A stretch of 46,597 bases of DNA, from positions 1-46,597 of the forward strand of contig JAUCBJ010003188.1 in the NCBI GenBank assembly GCA_032718475.1. Direction: 5' to 3'. The translations under genes and the position numbers were made by a program. The notes below the pieces were generated by a model. It was given only the letters and a program-made list of their open reading frames with translations, was not told the origin of the DNA and did no database searches. This document shows, piece by piece, positions 1 to 11,555 of the stretch (the first letter of the stretch is position 1; every line of letters starts with the position of its first letter). Source of the DNA: Nemertoderma westbladi. Taxonomy: Eukaryota > Animalia > Xenacoelomorpha.

Positions 1-3000
1 CGTTCCGGGGCAATGTCTCCATTGGTCCATTGTCGTGCGACTAAGTATGATGGCTACCCTGTTGGTAACGAAGACGCTGAACTGACAGACTTCATTGGTT
101 ATATACTCTAACACGAGTAAAGCGTCGGTCCAATAGACAGTTTTCTCTAATGGGTAGTCAATCTGTTCGGTTACATTCCGGCCGATGGCTGTAGCGTATA
201 GAGCCGCTTTTAACTCCGCTCGAGGAACTTTCAACTTGTTGTTGATTAATGCCTTAGAAGTAACCAAGGCAACTTTGATTCCATCCGGAGTTTCCACTCT
301 TAGATAGGCTACTATACCTATTCCCATATCGCTGGCGTCTCCAAACACATGGAGTTGATAGGAATACGTAGGGAGAACATGACCAAAATATGAACGGGAA
401 ATTATAAAATCCTCGATAGCCGGCAGAGAATCTTCCCATTTCATCCACTTCTTCAATAATTCTCCCTTAAGTGGATCGTCCCATGAGTGGTTTTCAAGCC
501 ACATTTGTTGTACCAAACTACGAGCAATCAATATAACTGGGCTAATAAATCCCAATGGATCGAAATAAGTGCTCAGTATACTTAAGCAAATCCGTTTGGT
601 TCGAACTGGATTATCTCGCTGTTTTAGCTGGAAAAACAGAATATCTCGCTCTGTGTCCCATTTCAAGCCGAGTGTCTTGGTTTCTGGCAGATCATCTTTG
701 ATCAAATCTAGATCTTTCGCCCCTCGATCTTCCGCAGGGATCGACTCCAGAAACTCACGGGAGTTGCTGGTGAATTTCGTTAATCGAAACCCACCTCTTT
801 TTAAGCACTCTACCGTTCCTTTAGCGACCTCAATGGCTTCCTCAACTGATGGAAGGGACTTCAGATTGTCGTCCATGTATATGTCTCTCTTGATATTGTC
901 GATCACTTCCTTAGAGAAGGCCTCTCGGTTGTCCTCTGCAGTGGTACGCACTACTGAACAGGCGTTGGAAGGGCTTGAGATTATCCCAAAGGCCTGGATG
1001 GTCATCCAGTACTCCACCGGTTTCTGGTTGAGGTCTCCTTCGGGCCACCACAGAAATCGTAGACTATCTCGATCCCTATCTAGCACCTTGACTTGTAAGA
1101 ACATGCCTTCTATATCGGAGGCGAAAGCAATCTGGTATTGTCTCAATCTTAAAAGAATTCCCAACAAAGATTGAAGTAAGTTGGGTCCGGGTAACAATTC
1201 AGAGTTAAGGGATTGACCCATGTAAAGAGCGGAGCCATCAAACACTACTCTCACTTCATGTGGTTTACCGGGTTTAGGAACGTAATGGTGGGTTAAGTAA
1301 TACGTTCTTTCAGTCACAGGTGTTTCTTCCGGTACTCTCTCCGCGTATCCCTTACTAATAAATTTTTCCAGCTGTGTTTGATACATTGCTTTAGCTGAAG
1401 AATTAGCCGTAAGGCGTCGATGGAGTTGCGCGATTCTTTTTTCCGCCAAAGGTCTGTTATTGATGAACTTCGGTTCTCTCTTGCGAAAAGGTAAACCGAC
1501 TTCATACCTACCTTGATCTTTGAGGAAACGTGTAGTTGTCTCTTGGATCTGCTTGGCCCTTTCCTCTTCCACTGACAAGGCTTTATCGTAGGAATTGGGC
1601 TCTACCGCCTCTTGCGTAAAGAATCGTACGGCATGTTCATCTCGAGTCTTGGCATTACAACGCTCAATGACATCATTTAGCTCGTCGTTATAAGCTTCTC
1701 GTTCAGATGGATAAAGAAGTTGACATAAGTTCACTTGGTTTTGCCAAGCCTCGTTTTCCTTAAGGAGGTCGATGGTATTCTCCTCATCAAAAAGCTGGTG
1801 AACGTCGTCGTTATCTGAGGAGTATGGAGTTCCCTCAGTTAAATCGTCTCCCTCACTAGTATCATCTTCCCATTCACTCACCTGGTAGACGCGCTCTTGC
1901 GGTAGTCTTTCTCTGAGTGTTCTACGGGAAGGGCCAGTAAAGTACCAACCTACTCTAGTTCTTACCGCATAGGTCTGTAGTGGCTGCGGTTGAGCAGGCC
2001 GTTTCTCTAATGTCTCCAGCGCCTCATGCGCGTTTTGGCCGATGAGTATTTGCACTCCAGGATAATCAGTCTGGAATCGAGGTATGTTAAGATGTTGGAT
2101 GCTCTCATCCTCGTCCCAATTATAAAGGTCTGCTTGAGTAGTAGCGAAGTTCTTTATAGCCACCATTTTCACTGACCTTATGCTATGTTCTCCTAGTTCG
2201 TCCTGGGGGGTGGACAATGCTCCTACATAATAATCCGCTGTTATTGTAGATTTCCAAACTTGCATAATGCCGGACATGTTGAGCTTAGTTTGGAACTTGG
2301 GTTGTCCAGCAAATATATCTTCGGCTAGCTCTTTGTCGATGAATGTTCCTGTACTACCGGAGTCAAGGAGGGCGTTCACTACATAACTCATCTTAGGTCC
2401 GTGAACCCTTACTTGCACCACAGGAAACTCTCTGATCCCTACATTGGAAGATGGCTCTTTCCAAGATGGTTGTCGTTCAGAAGTGGTTAGAGTGAAGTCG
2501 CTGTCTGTATCCTTTTCATATGTGAGTGTTCGATACACTGCGGTATTTATCATATAACAGGATTCGTTTTCGTCGGAGAACTCGTCCGTATAGAATCCTT
2601 CCATCTCAGATTGATCAGTGTCGTTCACATCACTGAATTGGACATGTAGTTCGGAATCACTTACCTGATTAGGACTATTTCGATCGAATTCAGAGTGCAA
2701 CAAGATATGATGTTTCGCACCACACTTTGCACACCTGATGTCTGAGTAACAGGTTCGCCGTTGATGTCCTTGTCTGAGGCAATTATAACACAACCGCTTG
2801 TCCCACATGACTTCACGTCTCTCAGTTAATGATTTCTTTAGAAATTCATCACACATATTCAAGCGATGGGTCCCATCACATAGCGCACATTTTGGTTTGA
2901 TGTTACTCACCTTAATCTGAGTCACATTGTGTACACTTGCCCTTTCTTCGGGCTTTCTCACCGGAATTCTCTTGGGAGACGTGGGAGGAGTTTTTCTTAC

Positions 3001-3792
3001 CTGTTCTCTCCTGTCATTTGCTCGAGACTTGAATTTACTTACCTGATCTTTAGGCATTTTATTGACATAATAAGATCTATCAGTGTCTTTCCCGCCATCT
3101 TCTCCTTGAGAAGTCTGGCTTTCGCCGTCGTCTGTATAACACACTGGTGTTACCTTTCTCCTAGAGACGGGTTTTTCACTTACCTTGTTTTCCGGTGTCT
3201 TCTCTCTGGACAGTTTCAGGAGCTGTAATTTCACTTCTCCATCTAGGAATGACATGAGATCAGCCATGGTAGGGTCTCGTCGTTGTTGTTCCATCATATA
3301 TAACACTTTCTTATCCCAGCGTGTACCTACTCCACCCTTCGGTAAAGTAGAAGCCACTGCTCTAATAACCATAGCATTCTGATACTCCTGAGACTTACCT
3401 AGCCAATCTAATTGTCTACAGATCTCCTGAATCTCATCGGAAAACTCGATAATTCCGCTGCTAATAAACTTTCGGGGCGCTACCAACTTTGCATACAAAT
3501 ACCCAGCGATGTTATTCCTATTACCATACCTGATGTTTAGTGTATCCCAAACTTGTCTTAATCCGTCTGGATGTCCAATAAACCTTAACGCCATTAACTT
3601 GGGAGATCCTTCCAAGCACTCGATGAGGAATCTAAGTTTCTCTCCATTAGATAGTACAGAGTTCTGTATGTTATCTTTGTAATATTCATTAAAAGGTAAC
3701 CATTTCATCTCATCTCCATTGAACTTGACGATCTCTCCCACCTTCACCGCTTGCCGGGCTTCGGTTCTAGCCATTTGACGCGTAAAACTTTC
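1..3792 (-). CDS. BEL/Pao gag C-terminus-protease-RT-RNase H polyprotein, partial; open to the window edge
   Basis: DSG, YMDD, DAS and terminal WRHCPG are all in the same frame (codon low coordinate = 1 mod 3). No stop seen in the segments translated; absence from the ORF track fits a frame that runs off the edge. Confidence 0.9.
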
Positions 3793-4945
3793 TTAGGCCA
3801 TCGTGTTATTTAATATCGAGTTATCGGTATATAAATTTCTCGGATTATGATCCATTCTATATGGAATATCATTATCAACAGGTCTATAATTACCCTTAAT
3901 AGGGTTCACTATAGGAGTTTCTACTTCGCTAGCAGTATAGATGCGTGTAGGCTCCACACCTTGCGCATGCGATACTTCAGACCTAACAGGTTGACACATT
4001 GTTACAGAGGGTGGTGGTATACCCTTTTGGGTATTTACTAATTTATCGCGTTCTAGCGCGATACTTTGCTGCACTTCTTGCAACTCAAGCCTACTTTCCC
4101 TTACTGTGCCCTTGAATTGCTGAACCGTCTCCTGCATCTGCCCGAGCAAGAGATCCATCCCCCGCCGTCTCTCGTCCACCCATTCGACCGCCGAAGCGGG
4201 AGTCGCCAACGTTGTAGCGGGCGGACGAGGGACAACGGGCGACAAATCAGGAATATTTCGCTCGGGGTCCAGGACCTGAACTGTCTCCTGGGCAGTTCTA
4301 CTGGGCACAGTTAGCTTAGTGCTATGCAGAGGGAATTTAGAGGTAGCTTCAGGGAGCACAGGTGTATCTATCACCGAAGGGGTGATTTCAAGAACAGGCC
4401 TAATTATTTCAGGCTCATCTACTATAGTAGGGAGTCTTTCTATTTTAATTATTTGGTCTGTGGGCTCTGTACTACCTAAGTTGGTGTTATTTAGTTGCCT
4501 TCTAACAGCTGGAGGCAAATCAGGCAATTTCTGACGGTGGAATGTTCTTTTACGTCTGCTTAGACGAGATCTATTTCCTTTGCCTTCAGTATCGGTGGTA
4601 TCGCCTTCCTCAGATGATGTATATCCCTGTCTTTTGGGAGTAGATCGATTCATCATCTGCATATTACTAGCTGTTAACTGTTTATTTATGCAGTCTTGAT
4701 TCTCCTGAATGTTTTCCAATTCTAATTGGATGGTTTCTTCAGCCGCTCTCCGTTCTGCTTCTGCCACCGCCTCTGCCGCTTTTCTTTCCGCTTCGGCCGC
4801 TGCCATTGCCGCCTTTCTTTCTGCTTCGGCCACTGCCATTGCCGCCTTTCTTTCTGCTTCTGCCGCTTTGGCCTCTGCCGCTGCCTTTGCCGCTGCCGCT
4901 GCCGCTTTTCTTTCAGCTTCGGCCGCTTTTGCCTCTGCCGCTGCC
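3793..4945 (-). pseudogene. middle gag segment (Ala/Glu coiled-coil repeat, Pro/Thr-rich linker), same frame as pol, ending at a premature TAA (3793-3795)
   Basis: ORF 3793..4839 extends upstream to the frameshift near 4945; reading continues NNTMA*ESFTRQMAR into the DUF1759-like domain. Confidence 0.8.
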
Positions 4946-4990
4946 TGCTGCCGCTTTTCTTTCTGCTTCTGCAGCTACCACTGCTGCTTT
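4740..4990 (-). repeat. coding minisatellite (AEAERKAA-type, roughly 33 bp units)
   Basis: repeated gccgcctttcttt(ct/cc)gcttcggcc blocks. Confidence 0.85.
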
Positions 4991-6166
4991 CTTTCTGTCT
5001 TCTATGCGTTTTTTCTTTACTTGTTCTTCTTGGACTCGTGTCAGGCGGAGTTGTTCATCAAATTTAGCCTGATTCGCAGCCCTCATTTCCACATCGATGG
5101 CATCCAACACAAGCTTGGTTCCTTCACTATTAGGGCTAAGTCCCTCTAACCTTCTCCTCAACTCGTCATCACCTAAAAAACGTTGATAGTCTGACAGATA
5201 GATGTCAATGGCATCCCTCTTATGCGGTTTCTCTGCCGTCGCTTCACTTTCCACTTGGGAGAAAGTAGCGTCTGTTGATTCTCTATGGGTTGAGCGCTCC
5301 TCCAGCTGAGCTTTCCACTGAGCTGTTCCTTGAACCTGGAGACTCACCCTTTGAAACCAGGTCTTTACGGCAACTTGCAACGACGTGTCTTGCCTTCGTT
5401 TAGAAGCCTCCTCAAAGGCCGATAATATTAGCCTGATTCGTAGAATTCTTTCTCTAACTTGATAAAACAGTTGTCCCTGCTCTTGAGGTCCTTGTGGTTG
5501 TTGAAACAGTTGTCCTTTTACTCGCTCCATAGAGCTGAAGAATCCCTGTGCGTATCCGGCTGCGGACCTCTTCCACACAGCTGGATCGATGGTTTCCTTG
5601 GCTACTCCCATCCGGTGTATGTCTTCCCAGGCAGCTTCTGATAAATCAAATGGGAGTCCGGGTCCGGGGAAGTTCCATTGCGACTCGACCATGGACTTCA
5701 GTTCTTCCCTTGTGTATCCAGCATAACTATCTCTAGTTGAACGCTGGCTTCTCGCCCAATCGATCTGGTGTTCTTCCACAGCGATCAATAACCTAGTGAG
5801 TACGGCTGCAGGAAGGATGAGAAGGGGATCCGAATAAACCGCATCCATCATCTTTGCTCCGCGTTCTGGTGTCAGTTCTACAGTATCCTCACTACTGGAG
5901 CTGTTGGGCCGTTGAGAAGTAAGTTCTTGGCTCGCGGGTTGTTGCTGTTCTGCTGCTTCTTGGTCCCGCTTGACCTGAGCTCGAGTGCCTATGATAGACC
6001 TACGATGTTGGACCAGCCTAGGTTCTTTTATTACTACTGGAGGGATGACCTTCCTCACAGTGGGAGGTGAACTGAACTTACGACTAGACGGTTCTACGAC
6101 TCTATCTGAGTCGCAGATAGTTACATCTAATAAACTGTCTGACAGGTTCTGCTTAGTATCAGACAT
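4913..6166 (-). CDS. gag N-terminal extension (417 aa, helical), frameshifted from the rest of gag-pol
   Basis: ATG at 6166; ends in the AEAERKAA repeat, whose continuation is in another frame. Confidence 0.75.
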   Translation of the reverse strand: MSDTKQNLSDSLLDVTICDSDRVVEPSSRKFSSPPTVRKVIPPVVIKEPRLVQHRRSIIGTRAQVKRDQEAAEQQQPASQELTSQRPNSSSSEDTVELTPERGAKMMDAVYSDPLLILPAAVLTRLLIAVEEHQIDWARSQRSTRDSYAGYTREELKSMVESQWNFPGPGLPFDLSEAAWEDIHRMGVAKETIDPAVWKRSAAGYAQGFFSSMERVKGQLFQQPQGPQEQGQLFYQVRERILRIRLILSAFEEASKRRQDTSLQVAVKTWFQRVSLQVQGTAQWKAQLEERSTHRESTDATFSQVESEATAEKPHKRDAIDIYLSDYQRFLGDDELRRRLEGLSPNSEGTKLVLDAIDVEMRAANQAKFDEQLRLTRVQEEQVKKKRIEDRKKAAVVAAEAERKAAAGSGRGKSGRS

Positions 6167-6249
6167 GTTTATGTGTACAGTTGAATGTCTACTGCTGTAT
6201 TACAGTCTGAGCAAGTCTAGTAACTCAGTATTAACTGATAGCCTAGTAA

Positions 6250-6545
6250 TTAATTACCGGTACTGCTACTCAGTGTAGCGTTATATATATAATATATTAG
6301 AATACCGGTATGCTTATAGTATATATAACTATTATTACAGACTAGGTTTATCACAGAATACCGGTATAATTTTAGCACAAATATATATAAATATATAATA
6401 GGCCTATCGGGAATACCGGTATACAGCTTACAGTTTGTAGTATATATAATTCTGGAATAGAATTAATTACAAGTACCGGTATAATTTCAGCCTAGATTTA
6501 TAGAAATAAAGATAATAGGCCTATCGTAAATACCGGTATATCAAT
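6250..6545. repeat. degenerate ~55-60 bp tandem repeat anchored on TACCGGTA, in the BEL leader
   Basis: taccggta near 6255, 6303, 6359, 6414, 6474 and 6531; ataataggcctatcg in alternate units. Confidence 0.7.
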
Positions 6546-7935
6546 TATTTTAAATAATTGAATTTCTGAATTTTAGGGTTACTTGGTTACTTTACTTACT
6601 TTATTACCGTTATTTGAGCAGTAATCCAACTGATATTGAGACCTAATGGTTGTAGGGTAGGCCTACTATTTATAAATCGTTAGATTTGATTTATAATATA
6701 TATATACCCGTTTTAATGGGTTTTGTCAATGTTTGAAATAAATGTTATTATTTCTGGGGAGTAATCACTACACAAAGCGGTGCGCTTTCAGTGAAGTGTT
6801 ACTTATAGGACACTAAAACAAATAATACTAATTTACCTAAGTTACTTAATACTACAAATTACGTACAATTCGGGTGAGATTACAATCTCTAAATAAACAC
6901 AAAAATTTACAAAAACACAAAATACGAATTTTCAGGGTAATTTTACAAGAAGTCTACAAACCAGCCTAACAAAGGGTTAGAAATCTGGTTATTACAACGG
7001 ACAGGGTACTACGGTATTTGAAAATAATAAGTAGTAGTAAATACACTGCGTTGTCCAGATAGGAAATACCACCGCCTGACGACCTATAGCCGTATCGCTA
7101 TAGGTACTACGTTATGTATCACGGAGTGTTCCTACCTAGAAGTTAATAGAGCTAATCGAACGTGCCTATCAACCACTTTACAATACAAATATAATGCCTA
7201 CACTAATTACTTTCGGAAAGCACTGTACACTAAACCCTAAATTAGGTACGAGTACTTGTACAACAGATAATCAGTAGTTAAATATACTTGAACAGCTAAA
7301 AGAACCACGGCATCTGCTGGAGTGACCGGTGCACAAAATCACCAGTCTTTACCTACGCCAAGCAGCCCGTGTAGTACCGGGGTTAATTTAACTATAGCGG
7401 TATGTATAACAAACACAATTATTGTAGGAACAAACTTGGGGAATGAATGTTGCGAATAATCGCATAAACTCTGAATAATAAATATTACGCTACGCGTACA
7501 GACCATTCAAACAAAATGCAGACCAAACACTGACAGACTACTATCAAGCCTAAACAAACTACGGTATATGCAGACTCCGAAATGATTAGGTAGTATGCGT
7601 TCTAACCCAGTAGTACGACTTATTCTTTAGTTGGGGGTTTACCTTACAGCATTGGCTGCCCCTACTTCCTAACCGTTCTTTATCGGACAAGTGATCTACA
7701 CACACTGCAATCCGTTCAGACTTAACAGCAATCAGACAACAGCTCAGCCTACAAATTGTCTGTACAATATGATCAGGCTTACACGCCTTCTGTTCAATAC
7801 TGGCCTACAAATAAATAAAACTGACAGAAATAAGTAAGCTCCAAAAGAAACAAGGGGTGTACAGTCCCTAATCTCTTAAACAGCCTACCGGTATACAACA
7901 ATCAAATCGAATAATACTAATGTACTTATACGGGA

Positions 7936-8060
7936 AGTACCGGTTAGGACAGTTAGGCCTACAGACCTACAGAAGTACCGGTTCTGGCAGTTGGACCTAC
8001 GGACCTACGGCAGTACCGGTTCTGACAGTTGGGCCTACTGACCTACAGATGTACCGTTCA
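7936..8060. repeat. ~37 bp tandem repeat x3
   Basis: three imperfect copies of gtaccggttctgacagttgggcctacagacctacag. Confidence 0.75.
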
Positions 8061-9294
8061 GGTTTACCGGTTGACCGGTACTTTCAACTTTATTGCTTAC
8101 TGCAATAAAGAAGCAATATCCGTTATTGTTCGCGCTTTCAGACCTTTGGCAGTTTAACCCGCCAAATTAGGATGTCTTTTAGATAATAAATCACTTTTAG
8201 CCTATGACAAGTATTTGATTCACTACACTAGTCGAAACCAATCTGTGCGCGATCATTCACCCGCTGGATATACCCGGGAGATTGGGTTCGACGGCTTAAT
8301 CTTATTGCTATGTAAGCCTAATGTATTATTCGACTGACAGTATTATATAATCTCTGACAATATTATTCACCTTCGGGGAATATTAACAGTTCCTTTAGGA
8401 CGTGGCGCTCTATCTATATAAACAGAGTTATGACTTAAACTACTCACAACGATATGGCTTAGTTATAATTCACATATATGGCGCATTCTTTAGGAAATGC
8501 TTCGTTATCAGTCTCACTCATACACAATGCTGCACAATACTGCACACTGATCTGCCGATCTTCACTGATTTTAGTTATATATAAAAGGAACACGGACCGA
8601 CTCATGTAGGGTCTATCAAATAACATTAGATTCACTTCAAACCACTTTAACATAAGTCACAATCGTTATATGTAACCTTTCTCTCTTACCTTCGGTATAT
8701 CAAGAATATTGGGTTTCGGGGTTATTTATCGTTATTCCAAATATAATAATTCATCAACCATATTATGAAGAACTGACAGTAAATAGCAGTATAACAATAG
8801 AAAGACCAAACATCAGTTTGATAAATCAGTTTGGTTTGTTTTGTTATGATAACCAGTTTGATAACGGATATATGTCCTTATAATTAAGCCTACTAGTGTT
8901 AGGCTAAAACAGAAAAGCACAAATATTTCCAAGCCGTTCTCTCCTGGCTCAGGACAGAAAGGCCAACAACACTGAAAACTGATAAGAATAACCTTATTTA
9001 CAAAGGCTTCCACCCAACACAGAGAAAGAGCATACAGATAGGAAAATTCAGTTCAGTAGATCTGTGATAGGTCGAAATCAAAATCAACTCAAATCCTATT
9101 GGCAGATACTTTCCCAAGCTGGTTGGACAATCAAACGTAGCCCAGATCCCTTCGCACAGCGAATCAGCCAATCAGCCGGTAGCTTGCGCTATTCGAGTTA
9201 TAGATCCCTTTTTAGAGTATTCCAGCGCCTGGGGGGAACTGGTTAGCAAGGCAAACGAATCAGTTATCCCACAAAAGCTTTTACACATTTGTCC

Positions 9295-9716
9295 AACAAA
9301 ACTATTAGGATTGAGATCAGCGGGTTGCTAGGAGACTAAATCAGCTGGGTTTCAGGGAAATTACGAAATCACAGCAATACCATTTTAGCCTGTCTGCCTG
9401 TACCGGTATTGTACTGCTGTACTCAACCGCTGAATCTGGAATCCAAGAATCTGGTATCCTGCATTAGGCCTAATTATTACACTACTACCGGACCGGTAGC
9501 AACTGCCAACTACAGAACTACTGCAGTACTGGTAGGCCTACTGAACTAGCATAGCACTACCACACCACCACACTCCTGTCAGCCACCAGCCTGTTTACGG
9601 TTTAATATGTTAATTAACGACTACTGGTTCCGGTAGTTATTATTGGTAGGACCGACACAACAGTACTCTGTCTGTTTAACTGAGCCTCGTGCTGCGCGAA
9701 GGCCCCACGAACGTGT
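9295..9716 (-). mobile_element. fragment related to the Helentron-like element at 28097-29149
   Basis: revcomp of 9681-9716 (ACACGTTCGTGGGGCCTTCGCGCAGCACGAGGCTCA) matches 28097-28132 with 2 mismatches; revcomp of ~9297-9335 matches 28852-28890 (TCTCCTAGCAACCnGCTGAT..CCTAATA). Confidence 0.65.
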
Positions 9717-9980
9717 CCTTAGTAACGAACCTGCTGTATGTCATGGACAGGAAGATTATTAGTTCTTCCGCTGTTCGCGGGTGCATTAGCAGTGGTTGGC
9801 GGATGTTAGTCGGAAGACTACTGCAGTACTGGAGATCCAACGCTGGCGGTTGAGACTGCATTTAGAATGGCTTGAGGTATTGAACTTTCGATCCCCGGAT
9901 TATTACATATCCGGCAAAGAATTACTCACTCGAGATCCAAAATAAGAACGTTGGTGATTTCGGTTCCCATTTAACAATGA

Positions 9981-10104
9981 CTGTTTCAAATTTCGTACAA
10001 TATCATTAAGATTGAATTGTATGTCTTAAAATGGGGAGGGGGGGGGGGGGGGGTCACTTAATGTCAAATCACATAATTACGGCACTATACTCCAGGACAT
10101 GCTG
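9981..10104. mobile_element. terminal fragment of the foldback/MITE family seen at 17110-17919
   Basis: ctgtttcaaattt..caat.tcattaagatt, a G run, then ccaggacatg(c/g)tgTA; same order as 17818-17921. Confidence 0.6.
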
Positions 10105-10162
10105 TAAAAATTAAGTTAGACTTGAATTAATCTCAACCTTTAAGCTAAATCTTTACCTTTAA

Positions 10163-11185
10163 TTAATTATACCCCATAGTATATGTTGTGTAATTATTTA
10201 TGATATGGCGTTTGAGTGAACAAATACACAACTGCACAAATAATTTGATGCAATGATGACACTTGCATGACCACATAGTAAAATTATTCATTTTAATAAC
10301 CTCAGCTACTGGGCACATGTGCGTTCCTTTTCTACATCGCGGTACCATGGAGATTGCTTCAACTACTTTTATGTCAATCTCATTTGATTTTTTCAACATT
10401 TCAATAAGGTCGTTGTGGAAATGTTTGGTGCATTCGAGGCACTTGGAATTCATGAAGTTGGCAGCTGTTATTGGTGAGACACCCGCCTTTCTGTTTTTGG
10501 AACAACAATTTTTGTCTCCCCGACAACCGGTACTGGTGAACCCGTCAAAGAGAGACTCCGTGTTCATTTCCGCTTGAATGAACTCATTTGGAGGTTCATC
10601 TTTGTATAATAGTGTTGGCATAAAAATATCATCTGGTAAAAATTTACTGTCATTACCACGTTGCTTAGCTGCAGTACTCATACCATTTAATTCGCTTTCG
10701 TGCGACAACTGACGTAAAATTGGTAGAATATGTTTCTGTGGATTTACGTTTGATTTACTTTGCAGCCCTCTTTCTGATGCTTGTTCCTGTTCGACTGTCG
10801 TGACTTCGACCTTTCTCTTAAAGTCCTTAACATCCTGCACAATTATCTCATGTTCTTTGTAGACTTTGTCAAGGGATTCATTGTAGGAAATTTCTAAACG
10901 ATTAATCTTGTGAGCATTTGAACTCCATTCTTCATATCCATTTTTCATTCGATGTAACTTCGCTCTATCTCTCGGATGTGCCAGAGGATTACTCTCTATG
11001 TCCAATGTATTGTAATATGTTAAAACTTCATTTGCTTTATTAAGCCATTCTGAATATATTCTCTGTTGTTTTATCCACCAGTTATGGCTGTCTTTCAGTA
11101 ATTTTTCTAAAATAAGAGCAGCAAACTCATCGTCTCTCTCTTGATTTTGTTCTTCACCTTGAACGATGTCAGAGCATTTATTCAT
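10163..11185 (-). CDS. orphan protein, 340 aa: helical/coiled-coil N-terminus and tandem Cys/His-rich C-terminal domain
   Basis: 1 kb ORF in AT-rich DNA; C-terminal ~120 aa homologous to ORF 19213-20511. A TTGCAG|G acceptor-like site just upstream of the ATG means it may be a terminal exon. Confidence 0.7.
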   Translation of the reverse strand: MNKCSDIVQGEEQNQERDDEFAALILEKLLKDSHNWWIKQQRIYSEWLNKANEVLTYYNTLDIESNPLAHPRDRAKLHRMKNGYEEWSSNAHKINRLEISYNESLDKVYKEHEIIVQDVKDFKRKVEVTTVEQEQASERGLQSKSNVNPQKHILPILRQLSHESELNGMSTAAKQRGNDSKFLPDDIFMPTLLYKDEPPNEFIQAEMNTESLFDGFTSTGCRGDKNCCSKNRKAGVSPITAANFMNSKCLECTKHFHNDLIEMLKKSNEIDIKVVEAISMVPRCRKGTHMCPVAEVIKMNNFTMWSCKCHHCIKLFVQLCICSLKRHIINNYTTYTMGYN

Positions 11186-11555
11186 TCCCCCTGCAATTAT
11201 TCTTCAATTATAAATATGAAAATCGATTAGTTGATTATTGTTACGTTTCATCGCTACTATATTAACTAGGTAACTACACTAGGTCATTGTTCATAAACAA
11301 TCAATGTATATTGTTACAGGACGAGTAATATTACTTCCCGAGAGCAATTATTTACTAACACAACGAGTTTTATAAAGTCTTTAAAGTAATGGTAAATCTA
11401 ATTGAATTTATTTTTTGATAAGTTTCCAGAACAAAAATTTGTCTAAAGCCTAAGATACACCACAGGAGCAGCGAGCGGCCGCGGCGAGTAGCGGCTTTTT
11501 AAAATAGAACACACATTATTTTGGATGATAATACACCAGAAATGGCCGCTACAGC

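Larger units (their letters stand above)
1..6166 (-). mobile_element. BEL/Pao LTR retrotransposon, gag-pol region (3' part including integrase lies outside the window); disrupted copy
   Basis: Manual minus-strand translation gives BEL domain order: gag DUF1759-like (KFNGDEMKWLPF...EKLRFLIECLEG...LNIRYG), knuckles CALCDGTHRLNMC / CYNCLRQGHQRRTC / CAKCGAKHHILLH (~2695-2890), protease ALLDSGST (DSG 2356-2364), RT YYLTHH..RVVFDGS..GPNLL..DIEGMFLQ..YMDD (868-879), RNase H LHVFGDAS (D at 337-339), ending QWRHCPGT at the edge. Confidence 0.95.

Noticed and set aside
569-1174. 201 aa plus-strand ORF and other plus-strand ORFs over 2929-6278
   Set aside because: Antisense shadows of BEL gag-pol; the Cys/Phe- and Pro/Leu-rich ones are alternate frames of the Ala repeat
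8231-8250. Primer-binding site or LTR boundary of the BEL element (also considered 9905-9945)
   Set aside because: No convincing complement to a tRNA 3' end, and the second LTR is not in the window
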